Below, piece after piece: positions 34,761 to 38,226 of a stretch of DNA of 38,226 nucleotides. Under the pieces are notes generated by a model, which saw nothing but the letters and a program-made list of their open reading frames with translations, had not been told where the DNA came from and ran no database searches. The stretch lies in the UHGV virus genome UHGV-0868109, one strand, 5' to 3'. The stretch is from a virus. A program made the position numbers and the translations under genes. How positions within the stretch are numbered: the first letter of the stretch is position 1; each line of letters opens with the position of its first letter.

Positions 34761-35256
34761 CTAATGGCCTGCCCGCCTCCTTTTCATATTCGTCATGCAG
34801 ATACAGCTGATACTGTAGTTTGTTGTAACAATCCGTCCAGACATCAGAAAAAGGCTCTGACCTTTTCCACCAGTCCCGGTAAACATCAATCAGGAGATTG
34901 TTCAACGACCTCCTGTCCTTTTCCCTCCGTTGCTGTTTGTCCCTCATTTTTTTTTGCTGATCTGAACGATATCGTACCAGCTTTGAATGAAATGTAGGTC
35001 TCTTCTCGTACTCTCCGCCAAGCAGATGAAAGGCATCTTTAAAGTCGCAGCACTCCATCTGCATGACAAACGAAAAGATATCCCCGTGGGCTCCGCAGGC
35101 GAAGCAGTGGAAATCCCGATCATAAATCTTCATGGATGCGTCCCGGTCGCCCTGATGGAATGGACAGTGGATGAACCCTTTCCTGTTTGGCTGCAATCCG
35201 TAACGGATCAATATATCCCGCATGCTATATATTTCTTTGATCTCACCACTCGTCAT
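34744..35256 (-). CDS. CHC2 zinc-finger (primase-type) protein
   Basis: CPFHQGDRDASMKIY...FHCFACGAHGDIFSFV. Confidence 0.7.
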   Translation of the reverse strand: MTSGEIKEIYSMRDILIRYGLQPNRKGFIHCPFHQGDRDASMKIYDRDFHCFACGAHGDIFSFVMQMECCDFKDAFHLLGGEYEKRPTFHSKLVRYRSDQQKKMRDKQQRREKDRRSLNNLLIDVYRDWWKRSEPFSDVWTDCYNKLQYQLYLHDEYEKEAGRPLDEKVK

Positions 35257-35759
35257 AAGTCATCACTCAATATCTCTATGATTCTTTTCCCGGTATCCTT
35301 CTTGTTGCAAAATTCAAACCGGACGTTGTAGCGATCCCGGATGGTACAGAGCGATTTATATAACTGCTCTCCGTCCACAGCTTTGGCTGACACCACATAC
35401 CGCTCCTTTTTTCCATTCACCATTCTCCATCTGACTTCATGCTTTCTCGGGTTTTTCCAAAACCACACATCTTCCAGCGACTGGATATCCGGACCATGTT
35501 CCACAAGGATCACAAGCCGGATTCCTGCGTCAATCGCCCGGATCAGTTCCCTTTTAAACCTCTCATGCTGCTGGCAGACGTTCCCACACAGCTCCTGCAG
35601 GTTCTGCTTTCGGTCGATGATGAGCCGGGGATTATCCAGGCTCATGTAATCCCCGACCAGCAGCTTGCTGGAAAAATGCCTGATGCCGTTCTCGTCAAAT
35701 GTCTTGACGATCTTCTTGATCGCCCTCGCCTTTTCCCTGCTGTCTATCTGTATATCCAT
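35253..35759 (-). CDS. ERCC4-type (XPF/Hef-like) nuclease
   Basis: IDSREKA...LLVGDYMS...IIDRKQNLQELCGNV motifs. ATG at 35759, with an alternative upstream start at 35804. Confidence 0.6.
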   Translation of the reverse strand: MDIQIDSREKARAIKKIVKTFDENGIRHFSSKLLVGDYMSLDNPRLIIDRKQNLQELCGNVCQQHERFKRELIRAIDAGIRLVILVEHGPDIQSLEDVWFWKNPRKHEVRWRMVNGKKERYVVSAKAVDGEQLYKSLCTIRDRYNVRFEFCNKKDTGKRIIEILSDDL

Positions 35760-35772
35760 TACGATCACGCTC

Positions 35773-36384
35773 CTAATTGAATGGCAGCATCTCATCCAGT
35801 CCATCCGGCACGTTCATGAATCCATCCCCTGCCGGAACTACATTGACCGGACAGTTGTCGATATGGTTTTTATAAGCCTGCGTTTCCGCAATATCCGGGA
35901 CCGCTGCATCTGCTACTTTGTCGATCGACGTGAACCACCTCAGGACACGCTTCTCCAACTCCCTACCATTGTAATAGTCCATCTGAGGGCCATACACTCC
36001 ACCGACCAGCTTATTCTTGATTCCATTGAAATCAAGCGTATCGTCCGCTTTCCAACAGCTGAATCCCTTATTGGAATGCTCGACACAGGTCACGAATGTC
36101 TTGAATGATCTGCTGCAGTTCCCGTTATCATCCTCTGTCAGAATGTACTGTGTGGCCTGATTTGGCCATTTCTTCTCCGGTCGGATATCATTTTTGAATG
36201 CTTCCGTGAAATATCCTGCCTGCTTATCTCCCTGGGCGAAGTCAAAAAATACCACAAGCATCGGCTTGTTAGTCTTCGACATTCGCTCCTCTACACTCTT
36301 AATAACCAGTCTGTGTCCTCCAAGCTCTACAGGGGCAAATTCCCCCTGAGCCTGTGTATTTTCATAATTCTTAGGTTTCTGCAT
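35773..36384 (-). CDS. DUF669-like protein (ssDNA-binding partner of Sak4)
   Basis: Position downstream of the Sak4-like ATPase. 203 aa. Confidence 0.5.
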   Translation of the reverse strand: MQKPKNYENTQAQGEFAPVELGGHRLVIKSVEERMSKTNKPMLVVFFDFAQGDKQAGYFTEAFKNDIRPEKKWPNQATQYILTEDDNGNCSRSFKTFVTCVEHSNKGFSCWKADDTLDFNGIKNKLVGGVYGPQMDYYNGRELEKRVLRWFTSIDKVADAAVPDIAETQAYKNHIDNCPVNVVPAGDGFMNVPDGLDEMLPFN

Positions 36385-36385
36385 G

Positions 36386-37027
36386 TTAAAAATCCTCCAA
36401 TGCTTTAAGTACTTCTACAATATCGTTATCAATTTCCATCTGATCAAATGCCCCCATCGGTGACTTGGCTGTACTGTTGTTTGCCTGAGTCTCAAATTTA
36501 TAGTGACCATCTACGCATTTGCTCAGGAGAACCGTGGTGAATTTACTTTCAAGCACGATCTTGTCCAGCTTTTTTCCCGATGTCTTAATTCGTGTGAACA
36601 TATATCCGTTCTCATCATGATCCGTCTGGGTGTGAGCTGTGAAGATAATCGTCAGATCATCCCTGTATGTATAGCACTCGCACACGAGATCCCACACGCA
36701 CGCTGCAAGATCCACCCACTTGTCATATCCTTTTTCTTTGCTTCGACGCATCTCATCCGCAACCATAAGACCGTTGATCGTATCAACCACAATCACCTTT
36801 ACACTCGGGCAAGCTTCTGCAATACGCTTGATGTACTGGCGGACTATAGTTGCCTCATCGCACGCAAAATAATTCTTATTTTCCTGGCTGTACTGCTTTC
36901 GCCATCCCTTCCAGGACAGTCCTTTTCCGTCAGCATCAATATAATATGTAGTCTTTGGATCCAGATTTCTCATGGATGTTGTTTTTCCAGAGCCCGATTC
37001 TCCCGCAATACAAATAACTTTTGACAT
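36386..37027 (-). CDS. Sak4-like RecA-fold ATPase (AAA_24)
   Basis: ATG at 37027 with AAGGAGAAG SD. Walker A IAGESGSGKTT, Walker B VIVVD. Confidence 0.8.
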   Translation of the reverse strand: MSKVICIAGESGSGKTTSMRNLDPKTTYYIDADGKGLSWKGWRKQYSQENKNYFACDEATIVRQYIKRIAEACPSVKVIVVDTINGLMVADEMRRSKEKGYDKWVDLAACVWDLVCECYTYRDDLTIIFTAHTQTDHDENGYMFTRIKTSGKKLDKIVLESKFTTVLLSKCVDGHYKFETQANNSTAKSPMGAFDQMEIDNDIVEVLKALEDF

Positions 37028-37040
37028 ATTTTTCTTCTCC

Positions 37041-37235
37041 TTATCTATCAAATTCAATCAGATTCTGCTCGATAGCCTGCAAGATGATTTCGCTCGCAAC
37101 TGCTCTAAGGCTTAATCTCGATTCATTTACTACTTCCGCTAATGCACTATAAGCTTCTGGTGTAATTTTGATTACTCCCTGCTGATTTGGTGCAACTGCT
37201 TTTCCAGGAATATGTATCTTTCCGTCCTTCTGCAT
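37041..37235 (-). CDS. Small hypothetical protein (64 aa)
   Basis: AGGAGGA SD 6 nt upstream. Confidence 0.45.
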   Translation of the reverse strand: MQKDGKIHIPGKAVAPNQQGVIKITPEAYSALAEVVNESRLSLRAVASEIILQAIEQNLIEFDR

Positions 37236-37245
37236 CTCTGTCCTC

Positions 37246-37743
37246 CTATCTGATCCTTAAGCTCTCGCCCTGTTCCAGGTGAGCAAAGTCTGCCTTGTTG
37301 TCTTTGAGCCACTTTTTAAGAGCTGTCTTATCCAACTTCGGCTGCTGTGCAATCCAGTACTCTTCCGGAATATCTTCCTTCCGGTCAATCACTACACTTG
37401 GTGGGTTTTTCTGAATGTTAAATCCAAACAGGTCTGTCTTGAATTTCTTCTTTCCGGTTGCGATCATCGCAGATTCGATGTACTTTTTAAGGTTCTGTGC
37501 ATTGCTTATAAGTGCATCCCTCCTTTTCTCCAGGCGGTCAATTTCTGCATCGAGGGTGCTGACTGATCCGTTCAGCTCCTGAATGAGTTTTGCACAGTTA
37601 TCTGCTTTCACTTCGATTTCGCCACCGACACCTTCCAAGGTATCGTTTACAACTTCCTGATCCACAGAATCATCCTCAAGCAGATCTAAAAGCTCCAAAT
37701 ATTCCTCTGTTAATTTATACAATGTTGCCATTTCTCTCTCCAT
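37246..37743 (-). CDS. Siphovirus Gp157-family protein
   Basis: MATLYKLTEEYLELLDLLED N-terminus typical of Gp157. Confidence 0.75.
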   Translation of the reverse strand: MEREMATLYKLTEEYLELLDLLEDDSVDQEVVNDTLEGVGGEIEVKADNCAKLIQELNGSVSTLDAEIDRLEKRRDALISNAQNLKKYIESAMIATGKKKFKTDLFGFNIQKNPPSVVIDRKEDIPEEYWIAQQPKLDKTALKKWLKDNKADFAHLEQGESLRIR

Positions 37744-37751
37744 CCTTTCCT

Positions 37752-37924
37752 TATTCGTCGTACATTCCGATGATTACTTTTATAACTTCTCTGTCCGAAT
37801 ACGTGGACGTGCAATTTTTGTCTTCCTGTCTCATGAAAGCGATCAGCGAATCCATCTTGCCGTCCTGCCGGCACAGTCGGGCGTATTCTTCTGCGTCAAC
37901 GTAAATCTTGTCCTTTTCTGCCAT
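37752..37924 (-). CDS. Small ORF (57 aa)
   Basis: MAEKDKIYVDAEEYARLCRQDGK..., moderate SD. Below the ORF-track cutoff. Confidence 0.3.
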
Positions 37925-38009
37925 TGCATTTCTTTCCTTTCTTTTTTATAATGTAGTTGACTAATTTTCTAAGTGCCTGAGAGGTTGCCGCCTCGCTATG
38001 GCACTTTTC

Positions 38010-38226
38010 TTATTCATTTTTAAACTTATACTCCATCAGATCGGCAAGCATAAGGTACTCTTTCCCCAACTTGCTTTCTTTGTGAGTTTCTTTGACTTTT
38101 TTCCTGAACTCATCAAGCGTTCCGTAAAAGCATCCGCATCGAACGCCAATTCCCCCGTCTTTCAGCCTGAAAAAAGTAGTAGTCCTATACTCACGTCCAA
38201 ATCCTTTTGCCGTAGTGTAATCATTC
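38010..38226 (-). CDS. C-terminal 72 codons of an early gene entering from beyond the window
   Basis: Open frame from the window edge to the TAA at 38010-38012: ...GFGREYRTTTFFRLKDGGIGVRCGCFYGTLDEF... Confidence 0.4.
   Translation of the reverse strand, partial: NDYTTAKGFGREYRTTTFFRLKDGGIGVRCGCFYGTLDEFRKKVKETHKESKLGKEYLMLADLMEYKFKNE

Noticed and set aside
1-38226. CRISPR array or rRNA genes
   Set aside because: The only regular repeats are the 18-bp coding tandem array (1-209), the duplicated promoter unit and the iterons. None has the repeat-spacer structure of CRISPR, and no rRNA-like conserved segments were seen

Overview
The window is an almost complete temperate siphovirus-type phage genome. 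It is probably from a Firmicutes/Clostridia host, with roughly 45-50% GC and Gram-positive style AGGAGG ribosome-binding sites. Nearly all genes are on the minus strand in standard modular order, read right to left. A recombination/replication module comes first: Gp157, a Sak4-like ATPase, a DUF669 protein, an ERCC4 nuclease, a CHC2 zinc-finger protein, an SF3 helicase and an iteron-rich origin-like region. An island of small early/accessory genes follows, with two Lar-family paralogs, a DUF551 protein and several Cys-rich ORFs. Next are a sigma-region-4-like late regulator, TerS, TerL, the portal, a MuF/gp7 minor head protein, a Prp-like protease, the scaffold and the major capsid. After these come the connector and completion proteins, the major tail protein, two tail-assembly chaperones, a 1380-aa tape measure protein and the distal tail/fiber proteins. 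The lysis cassette closes the minus-strand block with XkdX-like and XhlA-like proteins, a holin and an NlpC/P60 endolysin. On the plus strand at the left end lies a lysogeny module: a CI-like XRE repressor with divergent promoters, a candidate superinfection-exclusion lipoprotein and a tyrosine integrase. The integrase sits between the lysis module and the repressor, which is the circularly permuted phage-form arrangement, so attP is predicted in the GC-motif-flanked, AT-rich 4951-5215 region. Four things stand out. (1) The MuF protein carries an extra C-terminal HExxH metallopeptidase-like domain followed by a tiny Cys-rich ORF, consistent with a MuF polymorphic-toxin and immunity pair. (2) A roughly 100-bp promoter-operator unit with CAC-N7-GTG palindromes is duplicated in front of two unrelated accessory genes between the late terminator and attP. 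(3) The endolysin is interrupted by an in-frame TGA inside a 30-nt quasi-duplication. (4) An 18-bp tandem DNA repeat encodes a left-handed-beta-helix-like hexapeptide-repeat protein that runs off the window edge. No tRNA, rRNA or CRISPR array was found.
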